Of a stretch of DNA of 52,232 nucleotides, positions 29,523-39,518 are shown one piece after another. Position numbers and translations under genes: made by a program. The DNA comes from Candidatus Pacearchaeota archaeon CG_4_10_14_0_2_um_filter_35_33 (GTDB lineage: Archaea; Nanobdellota; Nanobdellia; Pacearchaeales; GW2011-AR1), in contig PFOR01000009.1 in the NCBI GenBank assembly GCA_002792635.1, positions 1 through 52,232 on the forward strand, given 5' to 3'. Under the pieces are notes generated by a model. It saw only the letters and a list, made by a program, of their open reading frames with translations. It did no database searches and had not been told where the DNA came from. Position 1 is the stretch's first letter. Each line of letters starts with the position of its first letter.

Positions 29523-32390
29523 ATGACCCACATCAAAAAGCTAGTCATGCAGGGATTCAAGTCATTCGCTCCTAAAACAGAAATCAGCTTCGACTCCGGA
29601 ATCAATACAATTGTCGGACCAAACGGCTCTGGTAAAAGCAACATATCAGATGCCATATCATTCGTCCTCGGCAGATTATCTGCAAAATCCATGAGGGCAA
29701 AGAAATCCTCCAACCTCTTATTCATGGGCTCCAAATATGCCAAGCCATCTCATGAAGCCTCTGTCGAGCTAGTATTCGATAACTCAAAAAGCTCTTTCAA
29801 TCTTCCAGAAAAAGAGATAAAGTTAAAAAGAATCGTAAAGAGAAATGGCTCTTCTGTCTATAAGTTAAACGACGAGACAAGAACGAGAGGAGAAATACAA
29901 GAAATCCTCGCCCACGCCGGAATCGATCCATACGGCTTTAATATTATATTACAAGGGAACATTCAAAGCATTGTGAAGATGCAACCGGATGAAAGAAGGA
30001 AAATAATCGAGGAAGTAGCAGGCATATCCATATATGAAACCAGGAAGCAGAAATCATTTAAGGAGTTGGAAAAAACAGAAGATAGGTTAAAAGAAATATC
30101 AACAATCCTAAAAGAAAGAACATCATTTTTAAGAAATCTGGAAGAAGAAAGAACCCAGGCATTAAAATTCAAATCCCTCGAAGAAACAATCAAAAAATGC
30201 AAAGCCTCTATCTTATCAAGAAAAATCCAAGACAGAAAAAAAGAACTTTCTGATTTAAGCAAATCAATTTCATCTAATTTAGAAAAAAAGGATAAAATTA
30301 AAAATCAGTCAGATAAAATCCAAGAGAAAATAAACCAATTAACAAAAAAAGTTGAAGAAATAAATACCCATATTCAAAAATCTTCTGGCTTGGAACAAGA
30401 ATCTCTTAACACAACAATAGCAAACCTTAAGGCAGAAATAGAAGGATTAAAAGTAAGGGAAGAAAACTTTCATAACAGAAGACAAGAAACAGAAAAGAGA
30501 TTAGAAAACCTTCAAGCATCTCTGCCAGAATTAGAAGAAGAGATAAAAGACTTAAGAGAAAAATCTCCCTTGATGGCGAAAAAGCAAGAAGAATTGCAAA
30601 AGAAAAAAGAAGAGCTAAAAAAGATTCAAGAAGAAAAAGAAAACTTTCACACTCTTAAAGCAAGACTTTCATCATTAAAAGACATGATAAAAGAAAAAGA
30701 AAGATATCTTGCAAAAGCAGATTCCGACTCTGAAGCGACATTAAAAAGATTAGAAGAACTTTCTAAGAACTTAAAATACTCTGGAATCCAAGAATGTCTG
30801 CGACAGATAAAAACACTCCAGGAATCATTATCAATTAACAAGAACAAATTACAGTCAGTATCTCAAGAACATACAGAAAGCCAAAAACAAATTTCAATCG
30901 CAGAATCTAAGATTCAGGAAGCTGAAAATATCAAGCAGAAAGTAAGTGAAATAGACCTTTGTCCCCTATGCCAAACAAAAATATCTGAAAAACATGTAAG
31001 GCATGTCTTCCAAGATTCAGATAACAAAATAGCATCAGCTAAGGAATTAATAGAAAAGTCTCAAAAAACCCTAGAAAAAGCAACGAAAGAGAAAGAAAAT
31101 TTGGAATCCAGGATTAATAATCTGGAATCTCAACTCTCATCAGCTCATGAGGAATTGGTAAACCATAAATCCATCTCGGAAAAAAATGAATTGCTCCGTG
31201 AAATCCTAGAAACACAATCATCATTAAAACAAGAACTCCAGGAACTAGACAAAAAAAGGAATTCGTTAGAAGATAAAGCGATAGATTTATCAGGTATAGA
31301 AGAATCTTATCTGAAAAAATTACATGAGATAGAGGAAATATCTTCCAGAAATGAAAAAAATCTGGATCAAACACTTTCCTTTAAAGAAAGAGAAATCGAA
31401 CAAACTCGTGGTTTAATAAAATCAACCTCTGCCAATTTAGAAGAAATAGATGAAAAGCTTGATGATATAATCTCTGATTTACAAGAAAAAATGAATCTTT
31501 TGGAAGAAAAGGAAGCCGAAGAAGACGAATTATCCAAAAAATTCAAGAAAATGATTGAGGAAAGAGAATCAATACAAAAAACAATAAGCGAGGAAAATTA
31601 TAATGTAATAGAAAAAGGGAATGAGATTAGACAAATAGAAGACCAGACAAACACGCTAAAAATAGCACAGGCGAAAATTGATGCAACTAAAGATGCTCTG
31701 GAAATGGAAATCAAGGACTTCCCTGATGTAGAATTAATAAAAGGCACAATACAAGTTTTAGAAGAAAGACTTGTGAAAGCCCAGGATGCCATAAACAGAA
31801 TCGGCTCTATAAACCTAAAAGCTCTTGAAGTATACGAGGAAGTAAAAGAGGATTACGACAAGATAAAAGAAAGAGCAGATAAAATAGAATCAGAAAAAGA
31901 TGAAATCCTCAGGATTATCGCAGAAATCGATAAGAAGAAAAAAAGAAGTTTCATGAAATCATTTAAAGCCATTAATGAGATATTCTCAGAAAACTTTGCC
32001 AGGTTATACACAAAAGGAAAAGCATATCTAGAGTTAGAAAACACTCAAGACCCATTTGAAGGCGGAATTAACATAGCAATCAAATTAGCAAAAGGAAAAT
32101 ACTTTGACATCACATCCCTATCAGGAGGAGAACAAACACTAGTTGTCATATCATTATTATTCGCAATCCAAGAATACAAACCATATCATTTCTACATCTT
32201 CGATGAAATAGATGCAGCCCTGGATAAAAGAAACTCACAAAGACTTTCTTCTCTACTAAAACAGTATATGCAAAACGGTCAGTATATTGTCATAACACAT
32301 AATGATGCAATAATCACAGATTCCAATGTTCTTTATGGAGTCTCCATGCATGATGGGATTTCAAAGATTCTAAGTATGAAGTTGGATTGA
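29523..32390 (+). CDS. smc: Smc chromosome segregation ATPase with a central CPLC motif
   Basis: GFKSF, GPNGSGKSNISDAI, LSGGE, FDEIDAALD; long coiled coils. Confidence 0.9.
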   Translation: MTHIKKLVMQGFKSFAPKTEISFDSGINTIVGPNGSGKSNISDAISFVLGRLSAKSMRAKKSSNLLFMGSKYAKPSHEASVELVFDNSKSSFNLPEKEIKLKRIVKRNGSSVYKLNDETRTRGEIQEILAHAGIDPYGFNIILQGNIQSIVKMQPDERRKIIEEVAGISIYETRKQKSFKELEKTEDRLKEISTILKERTSFLRNLEEERTQALKFKSLEETIKKCKASILSRKIQDRKKELSDLSKSISSNLEKKDKIKNQSDKIQEKINQLTKKVEEINTHIQKSSGLEQESLNTTIANLKAEIEGLKVREENFHNRRQETEKRLENLQASLPELEEEIKDLREKSPLMAKKQEELQKKKEELKKIQEEKENFHTLKARLSSLKDMIKEKERYLAKADSDSEATLKRLEELSKNLKYSGIQECLRQIKTLQESLSINKNKLQSVSQEHTESQKQISIAESKIQEAENIKQKVSEIDLCPLCQTKISEKHVRHVFQDSDNKIASAKELIEKSQKTLEKATKEKENLESRINNLESQLSSAHEELVNHKSISEKNELLREILETQSSLKQELQELDKKRNSLEDKAIDLSGIEESYLKKLHEIEEISSRNEKNLDQTLSFKEREIEQTRGLIKSTSANLEEIDEKLDDIISDLQEKMNLLEEKEAEEDELSKKFKKMIEERESIQKTISEENYNVIEKGNEIRQIEDQTNTLKIAQAKIDATKDALEMEIKDFPDVELIKGTIQVLEERLVKAQDAINRIGSINLKALEVYEEVKEDYDKIKERADKIESEKDEILRIIAEIDKKKKRSFMKSFKAINEIFSENFARLYTKGKAYLELENTQDPFEGGINIAIKLAKGKYFDITSLSGGEQTLVVISLLFAIQEYKPYHFYIFDEIDAALDKRNSQRLSSLLKQYMQNGQYIVITHNDAIITDSNVLYGVSMHDGISKILSMKLD

Positions 32391-32424
32391 GAAACTATAA
32401 AAGCCCAAATCCATTTATCCCGGC

Positions 32425-32841
32425 ATGATATTTGAAAAAGGGGAGTTGAAAACTTTATAGCCGTTTTATTTAGATCATCTTCTATCTTCAATCCTGTATT
32501 TTTCAGCAGCCTTTCTAGTTGTTTACTTTCTTGGAATTGGTTTTAGTACATTTCAGATAGGAATTCTTGTAGCAGCCATGCCCCTTACGGGATTACTTTT
32601 CGAAGTTCCAACCGGAGCAATAGCCGATATTTATGGAAGAAAGTTTTCAGTTCTTTTAGGGTATGCTATAGAAGGCATTGGATACCTATCATTATTTTTC
32701 ATACAAGACTTTTACGCAGTTCTATTAGCCTTCGCAATAATAGGATTCGGAACAACATTTTCCTCAGGAGCCAAAGAAGCATGGATCACAGATTTAATCA
32801 AAGGAAAAAAAGGAAAATATTTGAAAGACTATTTAGTTTGA
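32425..32841 (+). pseudogene. MFS transporter 5' part (TAG at 32458-32460; truncated by the R-M island)
   Basis: MIFEKGELKTL*PFYL...FEVPTGAIADIYGRKFS...FSSGAKEAWITD. Confidence 0.8.
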
Positions 32842-32845
32842 GGGA

Positions 32846-34300
32846 TTAAGCTTTAGTTTTCAACTCATTGATATCACTTAATATTTCATTTTCTAACTTC
32901 TCAATTCTTTCCATAATTTGTTCTGGTGGATCATACTTAACATCTTGATATTCAATTTCTTTATACTTTGATATGCTTAAATCCCAATCATCATTTTTAA
33001 TTTCTTCAATTGGAACAAAAAAATGCTTTTTCTTTCTATCTTCGTTATCTTCATCTTTTCTTTTTTCAAAGCTTCCTATAATATCAGGTATATCTCCTTG
33101 TCCGTCATCTATTTGTGTTCTTTTATCATCTAAACTAAAACCATCACTTTTCATGTCATAAAACCAGACTCTTTGAGTTGGCTCTCCTTTAGTAAAGAAT
33201 AAAACAGCAGTAGGAACTCCTGCATATGGTTTGAACACTCCAGAAGGCATTTTTATAACTGCGTCTAATCTGCATTTTTCTAAAAGAATCTGCCTAATTG
33301 ATTTATGGGCTTTTGAATTTCCAAATAAAACACCATCCGGAACAATAACCGCACATCTACCACCACTTGCTAAAGAATTATACATTAATTCCAAAAATAA
33401 TAACTCTGTTTTTCTAGTTTTTATTAATAAATTATCACTCATCTCAGACTCATCAATACTTCCCTTAAATGGAGGATTTGCTAAGATTAAGTCATAAGTA
33501 TTTTCTTCATTATATCTTTTTGAGAGTGTGTTTAGTTGTTGAATATTTGGCCTAGTTATTCCGTGCATCATTAAATTCATTAAAGAGATTCTTGTAAGTG
33601 TTTGATCAATATCATAGCCATATAAAGATTCTTCATCTAAGATTTTCTTTTTCTGAGCTGTTAAAGTGCTAACTCCATCTTTTTTATTGGAGTTTAAGAT
33701 ATACTCATAAGCATTAATTAGAAATCCTGCAGTTCCACATGCTGGATCTAAAATCCTATCCCCATATTCTGGTTTTGCTAAATTAACCATCATTTTAATA
33801 ATGTGTCTTGGAGTTCTGAATTGTCCGTTTTTTCCTGCTGTTTGTAATTCACTTAAAAGATATTCATACATATCTCCTTGAGTATCTTGATTTTGCTCTT
33901 TAATGTGCATGTCATTTATTATTTTCACAGCCTCCATTAAAAGCGAGGCAGTTGGTATCTCAAAATTAGCATTTTTCATATATTTAGCATAAAATGAATC
34001 TCCGTTATCTAAATTTCTTAAGGAAGGAAATACTTTATCTCTAACATGATCCATTATTTTATCAGCAGAGTAATTGCTCCATTCAGACCATCTGCAATCT
34101 TTATGGTTTTCAAAAATAGATTTAAACTTTTCTCCTGTTAATCTTGCCTCTTGTTCTTTTCTAACATTTTCATCCTCTAACCTTTTCATAAAAATTAGGA
34201 AAGATATTTGTTCAATTGCTTGTAAGGGGTTAGAGATTCCACCAGACCAAAACTTATCCCAAAGCTTCTGTATTTGTGATTTTAGTTGTGGGTGTAGCAT
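32846..34300 (-). CDS. hsdM: type I R-M N6-adenine methyltransferase
   Basis: GQFRTPRHI, DPACGTAGFL, ANPPF, VPDGVLFG. Confidence 0.95.
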   Translation of the reverse strand: MLHPQLKSQIQKLWDKFWSGGISNPLQAIEQISFLIFMKRLEDENVRKEQEARLTGEKFKSIFENHKDCRWSEWSNYSADKIMDHVRDKVFPSLRNLDNGDSFYAKYMKNANFEIPTASLLMEAVKIINDMHIKEQNQDTQGDMYEYLLSELQTAGKNGQFRTPRHIIKMMVNLAKPEYGDRILDPACGTAGFLINAYEYILNSNKKDGVSTLTAQKKKILDEESLYGYDIDQTLTRISLMNLMMHGITRPNIQQLNTLSKRYNEENTYDLILANPPFKGSIDESEMSDNLLIKTRKTELLFLELMYNSLASGGRCAVIVPDGVLFGNSKAHKSIRQILLEKCRLDAVIKMPSGVFKPYAGVPTAVLFFTKGEPTQRVWFYDMKSDGFSLDDKRTQIDDGQGDIPDIIGSFEKRKDEDNEDRKKKHFFVPIEEIKNDDWDLSISKYKEIEYQDVKYDPPEQIMERIEKLENEILSDINELKTKA

Positions 34301-34302
34301 TT

Positions 34303-34797
34303 TTACATTTCCTTAAATTTTTTTCTTAGGTTATTTATTTCTTGGATTGTCAGTTTTCCAAAGTATGCCCTTAATTCTACATTAAACCTTTGTGCAACTT
34401 TTAATCGCTCATCGCATTTTTCTTTATGTATTGGCTCAGCATCATTCATAGGTATATAATATTGATTGTCTATCCGGTCTTTTTTGAATTCAGAGAAAAT
34501 TAGATATAGATTTTCTAAATCAAACAATTCTTTTATCAAAAGCACTGCTCCAGAATGATTTTCACATTTGATTCCACATTTAAAAAATAGTGACTGAACA
34601 GTGTTGTAGATTGAGTAATAAGCTTCTGAAACTGCGTTCTCATATATTCCTGCACCATATGCAAGTTTTGCTACTTGCATGCATTTTTCACTTTTTATCA
34701 AATATGATTTAGATATTTCTTCAGAAGGGTCTACAAGCTCTAATCTTTCTTCTTGTTTTAGTTTATTCAAAAAATTTGATTTTATCATAATACTCAT
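34303..34797 (-). CDS. HEPN domain protein (UPF0332-like)
   Basis: AYYSIY..GIKCENHSG..RIDNQYY; paralogue of 4268-4750. Confidence 0.8.
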   Translation of the reverse strand: MSIMIKSNFLNKLKQEERLELVDPSEEISKSYLIKSEKCMQVAKLAYGAGIYENAVSEAYYSIYNTVQSLFFKCGIKCENHSGAVLLIKELFDLENLYLIFSEFKKDRIDNQYYIPMNDAEPIHKEKCDERLKVAQRFNVELRAYFGKLTIQEINNLRKKFKEM

Positions 34798-35362
34798 CTG
34801 CCCCCCTTATTATTACATGATTTTTTATTATTTCTTTTATTAATAAATCATTTTCATTGAATTTTCCAATTTTTATACTTATCAAATCATAGATTTTTTG
34901 TATTTCTTCTTTGACTTTCTGATTTGTTGTTTCGATGTAAACATCAATATCGCTGTCTTTTTTTGAATTTCCTTTTGCATAGCTTCCAAAAAGAATTATT
35001 AAATTGCAAGTGCATTTTCTGATAATATCTCGAAAAATAGGTTCAAGCTCTGGATATTTTAACAGTATCTTTGTAAGTTTGTAGTTTTCAGCATTTAAGA
35101 CAAATGATTTTGAGATTAAATTTTTTTTAATAAAATAAATATGATTTTTTCCAACAACCCTATAATCCAATACATTTATTTTTAGTAGTTCTTCAAGTAT
35201 TGACTGCACTCTTGTTAAAGAGGTCTTTAGTTCTTTTGCCAGTTCTCTTTGATGCATCTCTTTTTTTAAGAGGAGTAACAGTACTTCATACATATAATTG
35301 ACTTTTATTTGTGTCATATGACTTTTTAATAAGTCAGTAGTATTTAAGTCTTTTGCTTTCAT
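34763..35362 (-). CDS. wHTH + MNT nucleotidyltransferase
   Basis: LFGSYAKG..DSDIDVY. Confidence 0.85.
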   Translation of the reverse strand: MKAKDLNTTDLLKSHMTQIKVNYMYEVLLLLLKKEMHQRELAKELKTSLTRVQSILEELLKINVLDYRVVGKNHIYFIKKNLISKSFVLNAENYKLTKILLKYPELEPIFRDIIRKCTCNLIILFGSYAKGNSKKDSDIDVYIETTNQKVKEEIQKIYDLISIKIGKFNENDLLIKEIIKNHVIIRGADEYYDKIKFFE

Positions 35363-36513
35363 CTTACTAACTCCCCTTTAAATGCTTTCTGCATCAAAAC
35401 CCCATTTAATTGTTCAATTTCTTCTAACGATTGTTTTTGTTTTTCTTTTATTTTTTCAATATGCTCGACGATTGAGGCAAAGGTTTGTTGGAGTTTGAGG
35501 GGTGGAAGGGGGATTTTAATAGATTTGATAACTTGCTGAGAAATATTTGGCTGTCCACCCCCAAAACTTGAACTAACTAATTTCTTTTTGATTGAACCTA
35601 AGAAGTATAATAAATAGATATTATTTAATAGATTGTTATCTTTGGGGATTAAAGAACAAATTGCTTGGTTTGTTGTTGCTCTAATTTTTAGCATGGAAAT
35701 TTTTCCAACACTTGCCCCATACATTGCGATTAATACGGTATTTGGTTCAAGATATTTTGCACTACTATTTTTTAATCCTAATTCAGTTATTTTTTCCTCA
35801 GTATTATGGATATAACCTTTATCTAGTTCTCCGGATTTAACCCATAGTATTGTTCCATTCTCCCAATATTCTTTTTTAATCCTTGAAGGTGTTCCGCCAC
35901 TTGTAGTATCACATAACTCGCGTATTTCTTTCTCTTCAAACTTCTCCTTCAAAAACACCTCACTAAAAACACTCTTCAGATAATCATCTAAAAACTCAAG
36001 TGTCTGTTTTCTTTTTTCTTTAAGATGTTCTGCTTTTTCTAAAATTGAAACTATGGCTTTTTGGGTTGGGAAGGGGGGGAGGGGGATTTTAATAGATTCA
36101 AACCTTCCTTTAGTAATATGTTTCATAGTTGAGCCATGTGTTTCTCTCATAAACAGATTTATACTCCTCTTCACAAAATAAAATAGATATTCTTTATCAA
36201 TAAAATCTCCTTTAGGAACAACTTTGAAAATATGCTGATTTAACCACCCTTCTTCTTTATCCCAGATAAATGCGTCTAAAGTTGCAGACCATGAAATTAA
36301 TAAATCTCCTCTTTTAACTAGATATTTACCTTCAAATTTCTTTGTCGTATAATTTGGGTTTGTTATAGAGCCTGTTAAGTCTTGAATACGAATTATTAAT
36401 TTTCCTTTTGGTTCCCATTCTGAAGGTTTAAACGCCCTACCATTTACAAATTGTGCTATTTCCTTTAATTCAACTTCCTTCCATTCTACTTGATTAATTT
36501 GTTTTATTTTCAT
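35359..36513 (-). CDS. hsdS: type I R-M specificity subunit
   Basis: Two TRDs, each followed by an IPLPP..Q conserved repeat. Confidence 0.92.
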   Translation of the reverse strand: MKIKQINQVEWKEVELKEIAQFVNGRAFKPSEWEPKGKLIIRIQDLTGSITNPNYTTKKFEGKYLVKRGDLLISWSATLDAFIWDKEEGWLNQHIFKVVPKGDFIDKEYLFYFVKRSINLFMRETHGSTMKHITKGRFESIKIPLPPFPTQKAIVSILEKAEHLKEKRKQTLEFLDDYLKSVFSEVFLKEKFEEKEIRELCDTTSGGTPSRIKKEYWENGTILWVKSGELDKGYIHNTEEKITELGLKNSSAKYLEPNTVLIAMYGASVGKISMLKIRATTNQAICSLIPKDNNLLNNIYLLYFLGSIKKKLVSSSFGGGQPNISQQVIKSIKIPLPPLKLQQTFASIVEHIEKIKEKQKQSLEEIEQLNGVLMQKAFKGELVR

Positions 36514-37147
36514 TTTTTCTTTGTTCAACGCTCTTTTTTAATTCTAAAATTAATTTATCCATTAACTCATTTTGTGGCTGTAAGTTTTCATAAACCACAA
36601 CCAATCTTTTCCAAACTTCTTTTAAATCTTTACAAAATTGAGGGAAATTTGTTTCTAGTGTTTTATCCTTGCCATATACAGCATTACCAAAATCCCAACT
36701 GTGAGCTAAAACGTTTCTAACATTTTTTAGTTTGTTTAACATCTGAAACGTGTCATCAGAGATTAATTTCCACTCATCTCTTAAAATATGTATTTTTTGG
36801 GAAAAATCAATTTTGGTATTAAGCGAATCCAGCCAAGAGCCTCTAGCAGAAAAATCCTCTTTTAATATAATTGCTTGGATTATTTCATTAGTCATAAACT
36901 CTATTTTAGTAAATGAATCTAAAATTTCTCCGCGATCCAATCTTCTAGGAATTACCTCTCCAAACTCCTCCCTATGAAGACCATGACTTATATTCCCCCC
37001 ATATACTCTGAGCCATTGCTTTTTTCCAACTATAAAAATTTTTAAAGGGCGTATTCTATGATTATCCATTATTGCAATTAACTCTTTTAGCTTTTTCTCA
37101 TCTATATCTTTTGGTTCTCCAATATCTAATGTTGCTTTTCTATTCAT
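36494..37147 (-). CDS. putative HEPN RNase (RxxxxH)
   Basis: RGEILDSFTKIE...FSQKIHIL...RNVLAH. Confidence 0.65.
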   Translation of the reverse strand: MNRKATLDIGEPKDIDEKKLKELIAIMDNHRIRPLKIFIVGKKQWLRVYGGNISHGLHREEFGEVIPRRLDRGEILDSFTKIEFMTNEIIQAIILKEDFSARGSWLDSLNTKIDFSQKIHILRDEWKLISDDTFQMLNKLKNVRNVLAHSWDFGNAVYGKDKTLETNFPQFCKDLKEVWKRLVVVYENLQPQNELMDKLILELKKSVEQRKNENKTN

Positions 37148-37781
37148 TTTTTAATCCGTTTGCCTCATTTTGTATTTCTGCCTGACTTTTGCCAAGGAGA
37201 ATCCGAGAATATATTTCTTTCTTAAATAGAATACTTTGGTTATAAGCTAAAATAACATCAATAAGCCACTGAAAGTTGCTAACAAATTCCTTGTTTGCAA
37301 AAAGGACATTTTTCCAATTCTGATCCTTAAAAAAATGTTTATAGGGTACATCAGTAATAAATTCCAGGTCTTGTGCATCCCATTTAACAGGAACATGGGC
37401 AAAAATATCTCTTAGCGCCTCAAATCTTTCTAAGGTGACAGAGAGATTTTCCTTAGCCTCACCACCTAATTTTGGAAATGCATCTTCAATAAGCTTTTTC
37501 ATATCTCTTGACTTAGTCTTAAATCGAGGCATATTTTCTCTCTCTCTTATTCCCCTAACTAAATGAAATTCCTTTTTTGAATGATCCATAACTAAATCTT
37601 TGCCTGTTGCAGAAATTAAATTATTAAAACACATTTCAATTATTATTGAGAACTCGATAGTAATCCCTCTTATTTCTGTCATAAATTTATGTTTTTCTCT
37701 CAAGTTTGGAATACCATCTGCAATCTTTAGGGCTTCCTCCTTCATCTCTTCAATTGTTGGAATTTTATTTTCCTTCCCCAT
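37140..37781 (-). CDS. putative HEPN RNase (RxxxxH)
   Basis: RGITIEFSIIIE...FKTK...RDIFAH. Confidence 0.6.
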   Translation of the reverse strand: MGKENKIPTIEEMKEEALKIADGIPNLREKHKFMTEIRGITIEFSIIIEMCFNNLISATGKDLVMDHSKKEFHLVRGIRERENMPRFKTKSRDMKKLIEDAFPKLGGEAKENLSVTLERFEALRDIFAHVPVKWDAQDLEFITDVPYKHFFKDQNWKNVLFANKEFVSNFQWLIDVILAYNQSILFKKEIYSRILLGKSQAEIQNEANGLKNE

Positions 37782-37784
37782 ATT

Positions 37785-38393
37785 CTACAAAACACCCCCA
37801 GTTTTATCATCAACCCAAACCCCGTTTATCTTTGTCTTATCTTCCCAAAGACTATTTTCATTTCCTTCTTTAATTGCCTTATCAAGTTCTTCCTGACTCA
37901 TCCTGGATAATTCTTTATCTATTGTCTCTCTGATTTCATCTTCACTCTCACCGACAAAACTCATATCATGAAAATTTAAATCCGCCTTTGTTAATGCCTT
38001 GCTCCATTTTTCAGCTAAATCTCTTTTGGAACTCCAAAAAATCATACCTTGTTGAATAATAGCAAAAAAATCACTAGTCAAAATAGAATAAGAAATTTCA
38101 TCTTCTCCGTCATAAAATTTTCCTTCTCCGTCTTTCAATAATTCAATATTCTTAACCGCTTCTTCATAATTAACTTCAAAAACACTCTCAACAACTTCAT
38201 CATTTAGCTTTAAAATCCTTATATCTTCTTTTGGAAGAAATTCAATAAAAGTCTCCATCAATTTACCATGTTCTTCCCTATCAAAACCAAACATCTCTTT
38301 TGACTTAAACTCAACATACCAATAAAACTCATTTTCTTTTTCAATTTCATCGGTATTTCTTCCAATTAATTCATTCATTTCTCCATTCCTCAC
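37785..38393 (-). CDS. acidic hypothetical protein
   Basis: 202-aa E/D-rich ORF in the operon. Confidence 0.7.
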   Translation of the reverse strand: MRNGEMNELIGRNTDEIEKENEFYWYVEFKSKEMFGFDREEHGKLMETFIEFLPKEDIRILKLNDEVVESVFEVNYEEAVKNIELLKDGEGKFYDGEDEISYSILTSDFFAIIQQGMIFWSSKRDLAEKWSKALTKADLNFHDMSFVGESEDEIRETIDKELSRMSQEELDKAIKEGNENSLWEDKTKINGVWVDDKTGGVL

Positions 38394-38643
38394 TTTTAAC
38401 CATTTCCCAAAGCTCTTCTTTTATTGTCTTATCTCTTTTGCCTTCCTTCAAAGACTTCATAATCTTATCATAAAAGCCAGGGTAATTATTTTTTATTCTA
38501 TCAAGTTTTAATTTAATATATTCATTTTTACATTTATCTGAGCAAAACAACAAGACTTTTTCATTTGAAAATTGCGGAGCTAACCAGATTCCAGAATTAA
38601 ATTCTTTTCCACATGATTTGCATTTTTCACTCATCCCCTCCAA
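38371..38643 (-). CDS. small Zn-binding (TRASH-like) protein
   Basis: CKSC...FCSDKC. Confidence 0.65.
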   Translation of the reverse strand: MEGMSEKCKSCGKEFNSGIWLAPQFSNEKVLLFCSDKCKNEYIKLKLDRIKNNYPGFYDKIMKSLKEGKRDKTIKEELWEMVKSEEWRNE

Positions 38644-38696
38644 CCTCCAAAAACATCAAACGAAAAGTTTAAATATTTCATAGTTCTATAATAATC

Positions 38697-38782
38697 ATGC
38701 AGGGGGACGCAACCTGACGAAAGCCACATACACTTATGTGCTGGTGTGGGGAGTAGGATTGACGGACGCCATAACCCTACAT
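38697..38782. ncRNA. candidate structured ncRNA downstream of a DUF3800-like gene
   Basis: GC-rich island in AT-rich DNA; stems GTAGGGTT/AATCCTAC and CACATA/TATGTG; alternative closing stem ATGTAGGG/CCCTGCAT. Confidence 0.5.
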
Positions 38783-38800
38783 TTATTTTGTTTTCTTGAG

Positions 38801-39268
38801 TCATTTCTGTTTATTCCTCTCTATATTTAATAAAGTATCCAAAACAAGGCTCGCTTGATATTCGGGTGTTCCTCTAATTAGTTCGCTTTCTTTTTTAACA
38901 ATTACTCTTTTACCATCAACAAATCCAACTAACTTATTAAAAGCCTTATATTGACGATTATCTATCGAAATAAAAATTATGCACTTTTCATGTTTTTTTA
39001 TGAATTCTAAAACATCGGCATATATGTCTGCATTATTATATAATTCTTTGATTTTATATCTTAAGAAAAAGGAGAGTATCTTATTTCTTTTTATCCTTTT
39101 TTTCATCGATTTAAGATATTCTTTCTTATGTCTTAGATTTTTATAATGGGTAAATTTCGTTATCTTGGGCAATAACTCAAACATCTTTTCATAACTGATT
39201 ATACTGTATCCAATAAGATTTTCTGAAAAGTCTATAAAAATGTAATAATCAAATTGTTTAAACTTCAT
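38801..39268 (-). CDS. hypothetical protein, possibly a DUF3800-like RNase H fold
   Basis: Acidic residues spaced as YIFIDFSE ... FISID ... YQASLVLD. Confidence 0.5.
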   Translation of the reverse strand: MKFKQFDYYIFIDFSENLIGYSIISYEKMFELLPKITKFTHYKNLRHKKEYLKSMKKRIKRNKILSFFLRYKIKELYNNADIYADVLEFIKKHEKCIIFISIDNRQYKAFNKLVGFVDGKRVIVKKESELIRGTPEYQASLVLDTLLNIERNKQK

Positions 39269-39461
39269 CTTTTAAAACGCCTCCTAGCTTTTTATTAACC
39301 TCTTTCTGCACAAGCTCTCTCAATTTTTGATGAAGGCTTTTTGGTTTACCATTTATGCCCTCGGTTTCGCAGATCTTCATAAGGTTGGCAAACTCCGAAC
39401 GATAAAGCTTAGTTGAGATAACTCGTCTTTCTTCACCTCGTAAAGGATTCTTTTTTACCAT
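39258..39461 (-). CDS. small putative ribbon-helix-helix regulator
   Basis: RVISTKL beta strand followed by two helices; overlaps the downstream gene. Confidence 0.55.
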   Translation of the reverse strand: MVKKNPLRGEERRVISTKLYRSEFANLMKICETEGINGKPKSLHQKLRELVQKEVNKKLGGVLKDEV

Positions 39462-39518
39462 TCAAAATACAAAAATGGAAAGTATATAAAGATTGCTATA
39501 AATCGGTCTACCGATTTT

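Noticed and set aside
36073-36085. Phase-variable G tract in hsdS
   Set aside because: The G7 run simply encodes the conserved IPLPP motif, the frame is intact, and there is no evidence of slippage
38712-38730. Hammerhead ribozyme suggested by CTGACGA
   Set aside because: No stem II followed by GAAA and no cleavage triplet could be arranged
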